Origin: Bugula neritina | Lineage: Eukaryota > Animalia > Bryozoa | Reading direction: 5' to 3' | DNA: 64,000 nt | Assembly: GCA_964035545.1 (NCBI GenBank) | Contig: OZ037768.1 | Coordinates: 12,471,675 to 12,535,674 of the forward strand | Shown here: piece after piece, positions 26,261 to 40,859 of the stretch | Numbering within the stretch: position 1 is the first letter of the stretch | How the letters are laid out: each line of letters begins with the position of its first letter | Notes under the pieces: model-generated | Database searches by the model: none | What the model saw: the letters and a program-made list of their open reading frames with translations, nothing else | What the model was told of the DNA's origin: nothing | Position numbers and translations under genes: made by a program

Positions 26261-27310
26261 TTTCAAGTCAAACTGATTATTAAATAATTATAGTGACTGT
26301 AAGCAATTCTGCAACCCTTGCGTAGTTATATCGATACAGTAAATGTAATTGCTATCTCTATAAGTATGTATAGCTGGTAAGTTACTGCTTAGTAATTAGT
26401 TTTCTACTAGACTAAAACTATGTCGTCATCTAAGGGTACTCCAAGTCCAACTCTTACTCTACAGTTACACTCTAACAGTAACTCTACGACTACAGTCTAC
26501 TCTCAGTCTCACCCTCAGTCTCTAGTACTGATACGGTAGTACTACTGCTACTACTGCTACTACTAGTACTAGTACTGTTATCACTAGTAGTAGTTCACTA
26601 GTTGTAGTACTGCTGCTGTTACTGCTATTACTAATACTACTACGTCTACCGCCGTCTACGACTACTGCTACTCCTGTTACTGCTAATACTAATAGTAAAA
26701 GTAATACTAATATAATAGTAATACTACTAGTACTACTACAAGTAGTAGTGCTAGTAGTACTGTTAGTATACTAGTGCCACTGTTAGTGTTACACTTACTG
26801 TTACTGTTAATGTTGCTGCTACTACTACTAATATTAGTATTAGTAATACTACTAGTAATAATAGTAATGGTATTGCTATTAGTATTAATATTATAATTAC
26901 TACTAACCAACTGAGCTTTAAATTTAATTCTACCATTTATTTGTAAGCAATTTATTTTTCGAAAGTTGTGATTTTCTTTATTGTTTAAAAATATAATTAG
27001 CAGTTAGGTAAATGTGTAATCTAAAACGAACTCACACTTTTGCATAGTGATTCTTGGGTAGCATGTGCTGCACATTGACAGCTGGAAACACATTTACATT
27101 AGATTATATATTTTAGCTAGTAACAAAACATTGCATAGTCATTATAAAACAAATCGAATCCATGCTAAGTAAATTTAAGCAACATTTATATTTCTAACAA
27201 TTATAAAAAGTATCCAGTGCCACTCTATTGTAATGTATCCAGAATGATCATTTCAGAAGTTTTATTCAGCCTATGTGTTGTTCTTGGGGAAGTATTTGAC
27301 GTTGGTGTAG

Positions 27311-27982
27311 AAATCCTGACTTCTGCTGATGTAGAGGACAACTCTGTGACATGTGCCATCTGCACAAAGAAAGGGATAGAGAAAGTACCAGCAGTGACCT
27401 ACTGCACTGTTTGCAGTGAACTATTTTGTAGAAAACATGATGAGGTAATTCCTTCCCATAACTCTTTGTTAAATCAGTTGATGACTGTTTTTTTTCTCAA
27501 CTTTTCCACGTGATGGTCGCAATTGCTATAAATTCACGTTATTGTGAAATGCTTTTATGGGCAAATGGAAGAGAATGTAGGGCCAAAGTTTTTGCTTGAG
27601 TTTCCTGATATTGTTATTACATATACATTTTTACACATCAATTATTAATTACATTCAATTATTTGAAAAAATGTGAATAATTACAACCAATTACAATTAC
27701 AAAATACTAATTTCACCCCAACCCTGGAATATAGTGTGGTTAGCACTAGACTAAAATATATTAAAACAATTTGTAGGCGCGTGTATGTTTTCTTTCAATT
27801 TCTGGATATATACTATATTTAGGCTGTAGTAAACCGGTTATAATGTAGGTAGACAGATGTCTATGCTAGAAGAGGCAACTGTTAAGAGTGATAGTAGATC
27901 ATTTGATCTCCATGTGTATAAAGACATGTTGATTGTACCCAGATCTGATGAGAAAAAAGTTCTATTCTACCAACTCAACTGA
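27311..27982 (+). pseudogene. B-box zinc-finger exon plus terminal beta-propeller-like exon (internally deleted B-box/TRIM-like gene)
   Basis: CAICTKKGIEKVPAVTYCTVCSELFCRKHDE ends at a gag/gtaatt donor (27444). A second exon, ~27849-27982, reads GRQMSMLEEATVKSDSRSFDLHVYKDMLIVPRSDEKKVLFYQLN*. Confidence 0.55.
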
Positions 27983-28738
27983 ACAGGTATTATGTATATA
28001 GTAGGAGTTATGTCCCTCCTATGACATTTTGTAAGCTTATGCAGTCCATGCTTCAGACTTGTCCGTTATATTATATCAAGTACGGACAACTTCAGAACTT
28101 TCCGATTCCCAAAATTCAAACACTTGCCAAAACAAGACTATGTGGAAATGTTGAAAAACCTGTCAAAGTGATAGCATAGGATAACACTGTTTTGACCAAT
28201 AAAATTTGTCAATTCATTTGCTGTGACATCACAGACAAGAACTAGTTCAGCTTTTCGCTGCTTCCATTTTTGTCCAATTCAACTTAACCTTTTTGTCAGG
28301 TATGTTTATTCTGCCAAACTCATTTCTTATCTTTCAGTTTATTCCCCAAGCCTTGGTTTATATTGCTGGTTATGATATCTCATAAGCAACTAGTAATCAT
28401 GATACAATATTCTACTGTTTAGAATAAATTTTTTTCATCTAAAGTTGTCTCCTCACTTCTTTTATCTTTCATTATAGGAAAGTAGGCTGATGTGGAGTAA
28501 GAAGTAGTTTCTACAGAAGACGCATCTGGTTGGTTTGGTTACAAAGTGACAAGTGAGAAGACAGCTGATTGGTCAGTTCTCCTGACCTAATAACACTGGT
28601 TGGTTATGTACATTACTATCCCATTCATATAATTTGTTATTGTAGAATTGTTTATAATATCATCCATCATACAGTACTGGTGACTCTGTAGTAGCAGTTA
28701 TTGTATATTATTTGCCTTATAAGAGTGAATATTCCATA

Positions 28739-31700
28739 TAGTGGGGGTGCCAACATGCAAAAATGGGTGGGTGGAGCACATCAATACTAACCTTTGTTGC
28801 TATATATCACTGCAAAGCCAACATTCTACTGATCTCAGATCTGCGAGTACCTTTTTTGTATCTGGGGAGGGGGGGGTTCTCTCGTGAGAGGGGTGGATAT
28901 ACAGGGGTTCAGCATTTTTCAAGGGGGGACTATGGAACTCTAAATATTTAATTTTCTGAGTATTTTTAGTTTGACATTAAAAATATTTTCAAGGAATGTT
29001 GTACACATATGAAACTTTCTCTAACAAAAGTTTTGACCAAAAATAATAAAGTGGGCGGAGCCTATAATATGACAAACTACTTTTTTGCATATACCGGATA
29101 TTCTCTAAACTGCTACTTTTCTGTTCTAGCATTTAGAATGTTGATTTTCAGTATGAAAATACTCTATTGTGTTTTAATAATGCTCTCCAATTTTCATTAC
29201 ATTCTGAACTATATAACTTCTTTCCCAACCATGACAAATAAAAAACATAAAACGGGAGTTATCTCCTCCATTATAAATTATTGCATTTCTACCCAATAAT
29301 ATTGCTCTTTGTTGATAGGAACAACATCAGCATGATAAAAATGTATTCTTAGTGTATTTATATTAGCTTATTGACTTATTTTGAATAATTGATTACGATC
29401 AATACTATTAAGTATTAATATTCAATATTTACTGTATAAATTGAGTGTCAGCAATAATTAACAGACCACTAATATTCGATTTTTTATCCATAAGTATAGT
29501 AACATAAAATATGGTTCATAAAAAAGTAATATTATGATTTCAGCATCACAAGCAATTACTATGCTCTTTTATATCAGATATTGATAGACATTTTTAATTG
29601 TATTTATTTATAAATAAGATAGTATTTAAGTTTTAATTTACAATAGATCAAGCTTTATTACAAAGTTTTGTTATCTCTAGCGTTTATATACCAAATTAAA
29701 TATATTATAATTCTTCATCAGAACTGTGTTTGTTGCCACCATCATCATAATCAGGCTCTTTGTTTGAAAAAGAAGACTGGCCACTTTTGTTGTTGCAATC
29801 GAAACATTCACTTAAACCACAGCATTTCATCATCAGGCGCTTGCATTTGCATGCTTTACTCTTACAGCCTGCTTTTTTGCATTTACATGCTGTTAAAATC
29901 ACATCTGCGTTTCTCTCAAAATCATATTTTATCACAAAACTTAGTCAAGAGACATTGCTGAATATGAAAAAGTCACTTGAGGATTCATGTAATCTAAATA
30001 CAGCATGGCTATTGGCAAGACTTGCCCCAATCAAACTATTTCAATTGGATATAAATCCTTCTACACATAATTGCCCCAGCTGGAGTAGCTTTAATGTAAG
30101 AAATTTGGTTGCCACAGAAGATAATAAAAGATCAGTCATTGGGTATTGCCCAATGATTAATGCACCATCAACAAATCCATCAACAATTTATACAATCCTT
30201 CTGCAGCTAAAAAAAACTATGGAAGTTTTAAATCAGAAACATTCAGTAATTACATTTGACCAAGCTATCTACGCAAGATTGCCAAAGAGATTCAATGGAA
30301 CAAATCAACTGAATTTTCAAACACAATAATTCGAATGGGCGGTTTTTATATCTTGATGAATTACATGGCAGCACTTGGCAAAATGGTAAAATCAAGCGAC
30401 CTCACCCAAGTTCTTGTGCACAGTGATATATATTCTGAAGTTACAGTGAAACAGGTGCTATGTGGTAAGCATTATAACAGAGGTGTACGGGCGCACAAGA
30501 TTTTTTATGAGGCAATATCAAGGCAGAAACTAAAATCTCTTTCGGAATAGCTTCAAGAAAATGATCAGTTTGACCCATCAGATTCTCATAATATTTCTAT
30601 TGATGATAACTTACGTGAATGGACCACTGTCGCAGATAAAGTTGCTACTGCTATAAAAAAGTTTGATTCTGATACTAAATTAAAATCTAACCTTTCAATG
30701 TTCTGGAGCTCCTACCTTCATGCAGTAGAAGCCATGTTGGGATTTATTCGAGCTGAGCGTAGTGGCAACTGGCAATTATATTTGGACAGTATGCGGGCAA
30801 TGCTACCAGTATTGTTTGCGTATGATCGCACCAACTACTCAAGGTGGCTGCCTATATACCTTATTGATATGCTAAATTTGCCTGAATCTGCTCCAGAAGT
30901 TTATGGAATGTTTGCAAAGGGTTCATTTACCGTAAACAGGACAAAAAAAAATTGCAGGTATGGCTCCAGATCAGGTCTTGAAGCAAACTTTGAACCGAGA
31001 CAGTAAAACATCTGGAGGTATTATTGGCATTAGCAACCACGAAGAAACTCGGACAAAAGGGTTCTTAACTAGTCATATCAGAGCCCAACTGCTTTCTTTG
31101 CAAAAGGATTTTTGCCAAATAGCCTCACAGTCATCAACACTACACAAGGAAGACACAATCATTACAACTATGAAGGATGATATTGATATACAAGCAATTC
31201 TTTTTACATTACAGCAGTTTGATGTTGAGTTGTTTAGCAATAATTCAACTGAACTTATTAATATTGCTACTGGAGTAAGTCCCGATGCGGAGACCTTGTC
31301 AATAGTGACTGTTATGGCTCAGGGAGCAGAAACGGCTCAAAAGTTTATTCAAGATAGACTCTTGAATGCAATAAAACCATTTTACACTGCTATTCACCGG
31401 CTTAAAATCCCTTCCTTTGAATTTGTGGCTAAATCACTTCAACCGGCCATTAAACCAAATGTTCCTAAAATATCATTTACTAAACTTCTCATAAGTGCCA
31501 AAAGCCAAGAAGTAGATTTGCATACAGTTCTAGAGAAAGAAATTGGTCCCATTCCTCTTGCTCTATTTACTGAAAACGGACAGATGAGAAAAACATGCAA
31601 ATCGCAACTAATGCATATTTTGGAACAGAAATATCTTGGAAACAGGGTCTCCAATGATGATAGTCAACTGTCCACCAACAAATCGATCATTATTGATGGT

Positions 31701-33927
31701 ATGTGCATACTTCACTCGGCAAAAACATCAGACACTTTTTATAACTACGCTCTGAAGATGTTGGAAATATTTTTTGAATGTGGCAAAGGATATACAAGGG
31801 TTGATGTAGTGTTTGACGTGTATTCTGAAACATCAATTAAAGCACAAGAGCGTATTAGACGGGGTGCCCAATAGATGTGCTCTATTTCCATTATTCATAA
31901 CAACGTGCCTGTTCCTAAAAACTGGAGTGCTTGTCTGAGCAATATTCACAACAAAAATGAGTTTGTAGATTACATAGTGAAGGTGCATAGAGTAGACATA
32001 TTGAGAAAATTCCAGCTGGTACATTTTTAGTGTGTAGCGCCAAAGAAGTCTGTGTTCTGCAAAACCATCATCGTTACAATTGTAACAAATTGACATCCAA
32101 TCATGATGAAGCAGACACGAGATTAATCCTTCACGCAGCTGATGCACTGAGTGATTATGATTTGGTAGTAATAAGATCAGTAGATACTGATGTTGCTATT
32201 ATTGTGCTTAACATCATCTTAGTAATGTTTTACCTGAGCAGGTTAATAAAGATGTAGTAATCTTTGTTGGAATGGGGAGTCACAGAAGATATATATCTCT
32301 TTTTGAATTAGCCAAAAGAATTCCACAAAAAATTCTCAAGAATCTGTTATCACTCCATGCACTTACAGGTTGTGACTCAGTAAGTTCTATCTTCAGAATA
32401 TCTAAAAAGCGTGCTTTGGAGGTACTTGAAAAGGGAAGCTATAATCTGTCTTTAGGTTCTGATGATTGGTCCCCATTATCAGATGAAACATACTTAGAGT
32501 GTGAATGATTTGTCTCCAACCTATACGGTGCTTATGATGATATCACTGAAGCAAGATATAAAATATTGGCTTTAAAAAATGTCTGCAGTGAAGCACAGCT
32601 ACCACCTAGTAGGAATTCCCTAGAATATCACGTGAAACGAGCCAATTATCAAGTTACACTTTGGCAACTTGCTTTAACACCTATTTTACTTCATCAGCCA
32701 ATTTTTGACCATGGTTGGAATACTAACTTGACTCCAATAAAATACGATTTTGAGAGCAACGCAGATGTGATTTTAACAGCATGTAAATGCAAAAAAGCAG
32801 GCTGTAAGAGTAAAGCATGCAAATGCAAGCGCCTGATGATGAAATGCTGTGGTTTATGTGAACGTTTCGATTGCAACAACAAAAGTGGCCAGTCTTCTTT
32901 TTCAAACAAAGAGCCTGATTATAATGATGGTGGCAACAAACACAGTTCTGATGAAGAATAATAATATATTTAATTTGGTATATAAACGCTAGAGATAACA
33001 AAACTTTGTAATAAAGCTTGATCTATTGTAAATTAAAATTTAAATACTATCTTATTTATAAATAAATACAATTAAAAATGTCTACCAATATCTGATATAA
33101 AAGAGCATAGTAATTGCTTGTGATGCTGGAATCATAATATTACTTTTTTATGAACCATATTTTATGTTACTATACTTATGGATAAAAAATCGAATATTAG
33201 TGGTCTGTTAATTATTGCTGACCCTCAATTTATACAGTAAATATTGAATATTAATACTTAATAGTATTGATCGTAATCAATTATTCAAAATAAGTCAATA
33301 AGCTAATATAAATACACTAAGAATACATTTTTATCATGCTGATGTTGTTCCTATCAACAAAGAGCAATATTATTGGGTAGAAATGCAATAATTTATAACG
33401 GAGGAGATAACTCCCGTTTTATGTTTTTTATTTGTCATGGTTGGGAAAGAAGTTATATAGTTCAGAATGTAATGAAAATTGGAGAGCATTATTAGAACAC
33501 AATAGAGTATTTTCATACTAAAAATCAACATTCTAAATGCTAGAACAGAAAAGTAGCAGTTTAGAGAATATCCGGTATATGCAAAAAAGTAGTTTGTCAT
33601 ATTATAGGCTCCGCCCACTTTATTATTTTTGGTCAAAACTTTTGTTAGAGAAAGTTTCATATGTGTACAACATTCCTTGAAAATATTTTTAATGTCAAAC
33701 TTAAAATACTCAGAAAATTAAATATTTAGAGTTCCATAGTCCCCCCTTGAAAAATGCTGAACCCCTGTATATCCACCCCTCTCACGAGAGAACCCCCCCC
33801 CCAGATACAAAAAAGGTACTTGCAGATCTGAGATCAGTAGAATGTTGGCTTTGCAGTGATATATAGCAACAAAGGTTAGTATTGATGTGCTCCACCCGCC
33901 CATTTTTGCATGTTGGCACCCCCACTA
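28739..33927 (+). mobile_element. Academ-type (XPG-domain) DNA transposon derivative with ~1.19-kb terminal inverted repeats
   Basis: Termini TAGTGGGGGTGCCAAC...GTTGGCACCCCCACTA; 3-bp TSD ATA (28736-38 and 33928-30). The empty site ttccatagtacttg is at 12001 and the unit-3 site at ~63253 is also empty. 28739-29932 is the inverse of 32737-33927. Confidence 0.9.
29933..32961 (+). pseudogene. N-terminally truncated, frameshifted Academ-type transposase-XPG nuclease-Cys-rich protein
   Basis: Ordered motifs across broken ORFs: VIGYCPMI, VITFDQAIY, RMGGFY, HYNRGVRAHK, ERSGNW..YDRTNYSRW, IIDGM, RVDVVFD.Y..SIK..ER.RRG, HDEADTRLILHA, DTDV, HALTGCDSVS, LPP..EYHVKRANYQ, CKCKKAGC..CKC..CC..C..C. Confidence 0.85.
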
Positions 33928-35711
33928 ATAGTACTTGCTTTCTATTGTTGAGTAAAAACGGTTCATCATATATAGTATATACCTTTCAAGACTAATAAAT
34001 AGTTTACTCTATATTCTTATAGTAGTAAACTATCAGCATGTTGTAGCACTTGCAGATCAGTGTCAACATTAGTAATGTGACATGTTGGCACTAAGCAAGC
34101 AGCCTGGTTTTCTTTTTGTATTTTTGAGAATATGAAAAGGTTGACCATTAGTGATAAACTTAAATCACCGATAACATATTACGTCACCCTTCACTCCGGA
34201 TATATTTACTAAATTATTATTGATATACTGTATTCTTGTTAAAAATATTGCATTTGAGAATAGATCTATTCACATCAGACTGTGAATCTGAAAACTAATA
34301 TAACATGACTGATTTTTCAGGTTTTCATTTAAAAACAGCAAAGCAATTAGTAACAGTTACTCTGCACTACATGGGGTACATTAATGGCCTGCAAATCTGA
34401 TGAGGCTACTGAAATATAAAGTATATTTCTGACTAGCCAGTGCAGTCTGATATAAGAGCGGTCAATATAGTAGAGAGAAGATAACTCTCTCTCACAGGTT
34501 ATTCAAATAATAGGAAGAGGGGGGGTGGAATGGTCATATGTGTACAAAAGGATAACTCTCTCACAAGTTATTGAATTGTAACTCTGGTAAATTTTCATAT
34601 ATTATGTATGCTATACTACAGTAATAGAATTTTAATAAGATCATTGATCTTAGTTCGTTCATAATTAAATTTACCATTAAAAATTTAGCACTATTATAAT
34701 TTACTCAAGTTGCAGACGGGCTCACATGCTCCAACAGATAAGTAAATAGGGAAACATGCTGAACATAGTACTGCTTTCTCAATTGTTCTAATATTAGGTT
34801 TTTAAAAACCTGCAGTGAAAAAGTTATTCAAAAATTTATTCACTTGAATCCAATTGTCCTGCAGGTACCAAATTTATATGAATTTCAATAATTTTTTATT
34901 AATATTTAAATTAAATACAAACTGTCTACCACTTTGTAAAATATTGAGAACCCGAAATTGTTGCATACAAGTCCTAATAATAAAATATTGAAGTTGATGT
35001 AATAGTAAATTTAAATATTTGCTAAATTTAAATTGGGATACCATTGTTGTATGACATCACAATCATAATACTACCCACAACAAAAACTGCTTACATCATA
35101 ATTATTAGTCTACATTTCTATTGAAAGCATTATTGTCTTAATATTATGTTGAATGTGAATATGCTTATACTGCGAAAATGATATTAGAATTATTCAGAAG
35201 CTTTCGGGCTTCAATCACCAATTTGGGTAAGTTTTACATGAAAAGCTAAATAATTTGCAAACTTGTCCAACTACAATATATATGTTAGTCACTTGGGTTT
35301 AGCTGATTTTGTTCCAATATAAATATATTCATGAGTTACATGTATGTACACTCTTATAGTAACTGCATCATATGAATGGCTGTCATATCCTTTTCAGCTT
35401 GGCTAATTAAAGCTGCCTGCATTACTATATGGCAATGTTGCCATATCATCTTGCCATCATTATAAACAATCAGGCATAAATTTAAATATTTTCATTCAAG
35501 TGTTTGCACACAGTAAAATCCCCATCAATCTGATGAATATAGTCCCATTAGAGGAAGATGAAACAGTATTACAGTATTATTTTTTGACCTACTATTTTGT
35601 TTTGGGCAAAAAGATAGAGTAAATCTAGTATTCAAATCCCATAGAGTTCTTTCAATCAGATAGTAAAATGAATATATCCGAGTTTATACATGACAGTTTT
35701 GTCACTTTTAG

Positions 35712-38700
35712 TGTGTTGCCGAGCTAGTGAATCTGAAATAGAGGTTGACAGTGAGGAACTATCTATTGATCAGAGTGAGATCAGTAGTAGTCAACTACAT
35801 ACACCCTCTTCTCTAGACAATGAAGACCCATCTTCAGTAAGCACACACTCAACTTAAAGAGTTAGGAGTAACTGTAGAACTACACTGCAATGACTTTAAC
35901 TTTTACATTTAGTTTTAAGTTAAGTGGGCTACGAGTTCCTGGTGGACTATTTTAGAAATGGTGCTTTACTTTTCTGTTTCATCACTACTTCAAGAAACCT
36001 GTATAGCTATACAAATACACTGCGTTTCCATGACTGCGCATAATGCGAATGAATGCTTCGTACGGATTATTTGTGGTTTGTGGTTTGCATTACCTTATAG
36101 TTGCGGTTTCATCCGATGTAACTGTTTCCATTAGCCGAATGAAAAAATTCATTCGCATAATGCGATAATGGAAACGCAGTGTTAGTGTTTGTTTATTATG
36201 TAACAACAAGAGTTAAAGTGGTGAGTAGTGTAGATAGAGTACTGCTTCTGTTGCAGCATGAGTTTGATGTGAATGCTGAGGTTAGAGATAACTATTCCCT
36301 GTTGCATGCAGCAGCAAAACAAGGAATTGAACGAGTTATCAGTTCACTTCCAAAGCATTCAAAACTATTTGATTCCATGACTAAGGTAATAATTTAGTGT
36401 ATTCAGTGCCTCCACCTGAGAACAACCGTTGGCTGTGTATGTTGGTTCGGACTGGTAAAAACCAGTCTACCCAAATTTACTTTCAATTGTTGCAGAGTTG
36501 ATTCCTAAATTATTTTGAGTTACATGTAGACACAGTGCATGCTGGTGCTTGTAGAATGGATTGACACCTCTCCATGTCAGCATTGAAAACAATCAACAGG
36601 CAGTAACTAGATTGTTACTAAAAAAAGGCGCAAAGCCTGAACTCAAAAATGATGATGGACATACAGCTCTGCACCTAGCTGCTCAGCATGGTCAAGCTGC
36701 AATAGTTTTACTTCTGCTGGAGAAATATGGTGTCTCCCCTGACAGCAGGGCTAAGGTGAGAGTTATTCTGCTAAACTTGAGATAGCTCAGCAAAATTATG
36801 AACATTTTGGAGTCTGTTTGATCAATGTATGTTAGTTTCATTACTTTTTATGATTAAAAATTACCTACATTGTAAATGGCCATGTTAATGTTCTGCTTAC
36901 TGTTGAACTACATAACCTATAAAAAGAATTGTTATATTTTCTTGTATCTAGAAACCCTCATCATAATGTTAGTAAGAGTGCTTACATCTTGTTAATTATA
37001 TTCTTTATTCTAATCTCTGATGAGTCATCAAGTCTACTAAATGGTTACTAGTAATTGTGTTTACAGAATGGCTACACGCCTCTACATTATGCTGTGAGAA
37101 AAGGAGACGTCGATACCGTCTGTGCTTTGATTGAATATGGCGCAGGAGTAAGCGCAGAGTCGGAAGATGGGTACACCCCCCTACATATTGGGGCTAAGGA
37201 TGGACTCAGTGATATTGTATCGATGCTGTTGGAAAATGGTGCTAGTCCCAACTGCTATACCAAAGTAAGTCTACATTTTCCGAACAGCTAGTGATGTTAC
37301 AGTTACTTTTTGTGATCAACTGCCAGTGCGGCAGCATACTATCTCAACATTTGCTGTTCTAAGTTTCTTTATTCAAACTTCCATTAAATTTTTATTCAGC
37401 AGATATCTATTATATAAGTGATTAATAGTTGATTAGTTTTTATTTATAAATGATTTAAATCAAGGTCCTGAATCTGTCAAAGAAGATGATAACTTTTATT
37501 TTAAATCAGCTCGTAAGTAGAGAAGCTACAAATCTAAGAAAATTAACTCCAAGTTGCCAAAATAATGTGACAACACAAACTGTGCCATTAATGTTACAAC
37601 TGCAACTGTTATACCAACTGATTATTATCATGAACTATGACCCTTATCATGAAGTGGAAAACATAAAATTGAAAGCTTTTCTTCTTAAATATTATTTGAG
37701 TATTGAATATTGACTATTTGATTGAGTTGCTACTGCTATGGTATATTTTAGGATGGATTAACTCCAATGCACCTGTGCAGGCAGAAAAACCATGCTCTCA
37801 CAGCAGAGATCCTGTTGAAGTATGGTGCTAGTCTCCCTACAACCTCTAAAGCTGAGAGACATAGTGGTCAGGTAAATATTGTAAAATCTCTGTCAAAACA
37901 TGAAGCAGAAGTAGACATTGCCTTTACATTATCTGTTATAACATCATCTACAGTTTGATATCAGAATCATAACATTGTAGTATTCAATATTGCAACTTAT
38001 ATTGGACTAAACATATTTGATTGTGTGTTAATTTTGTGTTCACATTGACTTAGTCTGACATTTAAATTTGTGTCAGCAAAAGATTGCTACAGCATCTTCT
38101 GGGCCATTAGTCAATGAGTTGATCAAACCATTTCTAAACTTTGTCTCACAAGCTGATTGCACATGTGAGGAAATTAGTAGTCAATCTGGCTCTGTCTAGT
38201 GTTTATCTGGATCACAGTCTATTTCTAAGTCATGAGCTATCATTTTACTCGTTTTGATATAAGCGTTTTCCCAATGCATGTCAGTTCTGTTTTTGGTCAA
38301 TTATTGATTTATTGAGTCAGCTAACTAGTAAATATAACATCAATGAAATTTGCAGATGTGACTGAGATTAGATAGAGCTTTAAAATATTTGGAGTAACTT
38401 ACTAGAAATTGGTCATGTTTCGAAAAGCATTGAGATATACAAGTCGATAATTTTGTGTGAATCAGTGTAACTGCCAAACGAATGATAAATTTTCAATTTT
38501 TCTGTTTATTTAAGACCTTTTACAGTTACTGGTTTTTTAGTTAGGCACTCTTCACTTAATAAATTGGTCACAGCATTATGAATGTTGAATTAGTATATTT
38601 TGAGTGCATTATATCATTATTATATATATTATAAACGCCTATTGAAGTGTCTATCTATGAAAATGTATATTTAATGTGATTGTACAATAGCAATGCAATA

Positions 38701-40859
38701 ATTTCCATGTAGGTGTATGGTATGCAGAGCGTTGAGACAAAACCTCGAACAGGAAAAATCAGGCGGGCTTTACGTAGCATCGCCTCTGCTGGTAAGGATC
38801 TGATTATTAACTCACCAATTACTTTGTTTCATACTGGCAATTATTTGCAAAATTAAATTGTTAAGAATTTTTCGAATCGAAAATTACTACTTTATGGTTT
38901 TGCATAATGGTAAAACCCATAGCTAATTTTACTTTATTGTTAGAGGCCTAGTGAGTTCCAAGCAATAATTTAGCGATCAATGTATGTAAATATATATCAG
39001 TTCTTTACGAACACGAAGCGACTCACACGCAAGCACATACGAACGCGCATACACCCACAAACACCCACACACACACATACTAGTAGTTTATTCTATTCAT
39101 TTTAGGCCTCAAATGCAAGAGTGTTTTTACTCTGAAAAAGAGAAAAACTTGTAAGAGGGCCCACAGCACACTTTATTCTCAGGAGGATTTACACTCTGAC
39201 AATTCAATGAAAAGTAAAAACCCTGGAGTCACTAAGTACGTTTAGTATATAATGTACCCAACTATATGTGAAGCAAGTGATCTATTTTTTCTAAATATCA
39301 CATAGACAAGAAATGCAATGAGCATGTTTCTCATTCTTTGGCTGTATGTAGTTCTAAAGCGGTTGATGAAAGACATTTTGTAAATTTGTTCTATAAAATC
39401 AGTTTTTTTTTCTTTATTTGTAGTGAGAAGCTCAAATTGAAAAGGTAATGATAACTAACTTGGAAGAATTGTTGCAGTTAAAACTGTTGCTAAACATTAC
39501 TCAGTTCTATTGGGTTTATTTTAATAATTACAGTAGAAGCTTTTCTATATATATAAGAAAACTGCTACTGCAATAACAACACACGCCCACACACACAAAC
39601 ACACAAACACACACATGCACACACGCACACATGCACACATAAATTAACTACCAGCTACTTCATTATTAACTCTGTTGACATGGTATATGCATCTCACTTT
39701 AGATTCCGTATCAGTTTCCTGGTGGATGCCAGAGGAGGAGTCTTCCAGGGATGCCGAGAGAAAGTCCATTTTACCATCCCACCTGGTGTGGCAACCGGAC
39801 CAATGAGAATTGTGTGCCGTCTCCTTGAGAAAGGAGTGATGCCCTCTCTTCAGTACGATGAATTACTCATCTGTCCCATTCTCTCTCTAGAACCTGCTTG
39901 TGCTGCCTTTATTGGGTAATTTTTTATTCACACACTTGTCATCGAGTTTAGTGGGAGAAACTGAAAATCTTTATGTTATTTTATTACTTTTCCATGTTTT
40001 CATTAAACCTTATTACATCTTTATTCAAACACAGTGCATGTAAAAAGTATAACTGTTTTCTAAAAATGGCACCTGTGTTTTTCCTTTACAGCCCTGTCAT
40101 AATAGATGTTGCTGCTAGTCAAGATGAACAGGAAACCATTGTCATTGCAAGTGATGATGGTGTAACATGGCAGGAACATAAGCAGACAGTGAATGACAGC
40201 CTTTGTGGTATGTAGTATTAAATAGTAAACTTTGTTATCAACTTTAGCTTTTGCCAATTTTGAGCTGTCAACACCCTAAGATTCATCAGTATTGAAAAAC
40301 TGTTTTTTCACAAGCAATGTAAAGTTACCAGGTTTAGAAACAGGTTGTTATAGCATGTCACATGCTGGTATTTATACAAATTTATACAAACTGTCTAGCA
40401 TATCTCCAGACTTTAATACCTTCAGAAGTGTATAAACAATCTAAACTGTTCATTGCCTTGAAGTACTTCCTTCTTCTAGTTAATGCAGCTGGCTATGGGT
40501 ATAGCCACTATATTCATTGAGCAGTCTTTTTTAAGAACATCTCTGATATCTTCTGAAGCTAATAGTAACATGCAATATGATCAGAAATGGGAAACTAGCT
40601 TCTGCTTACACTTTAAATAGTAGCATTATTAATGCATTGGCCCTCTTTATATAAAAATATTAGGATTGTAAACTTGTATCAAAGCATAGCAAGAAAACTT
40701 TAATACATAACTAATCTGATATATGTTATGTGCTCTTTAGACGTTGAGACTTTGGACAGAATAGTAGAAAAGAATATGACGAGAATTGTTACAGCGAGGC
40801 TGTGCCGATATTTTGCTTTCGTCTCAAAAGCGAAAAGGGAAAATACTTCTGACTTCTGA
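35712..40859 (+). CDS. Spliced ankyrin-repeat + single ZU5 domain protein, copy 2
   Basis: Same exon chain as copy 1 (e.g. 36555-36755, 37067-37264, 37752-37871, 39702-39915, 40092-40207, 40741-40859), with open frames in the ankyrin and ZU5 exons and retained splice sites. Confidence 0.8.
36018..36181. mobile_element. MITE in an intron, unit 2 only
   Basis: TIR CACTGCGTTTCCAT...ATGGAAACGCAGTG; absent at the equivalent site (~13720) in unit 1; TSD not clean. Confidence 0.85.

Larger units (their letters stand above)
11198..27921 (+). repeat. Tandem segmental duplication, unit 1 (~16.7 kb)
   Basis: The anchor agacatgttgattgtacccagatctgatgagaa recurs at 11198, 27922 and 62450, with colinear sequence downstream. 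Confidence 0.95.

Noticed and set aside
29009-29299. 96-aa ORF duplicated at 33370-33660 (and the 28763/33718 pair)
   Set aside because: Duplicated only because it lies in the transposon inverted repeat; no recognisable motif.
29760-29932. Apparent N-terminus of the transposase ORF 29760-30329
   Set aside because: It is the antisense of the C-terminal coding region, fused by the inversion junction; not a real N-terminus.
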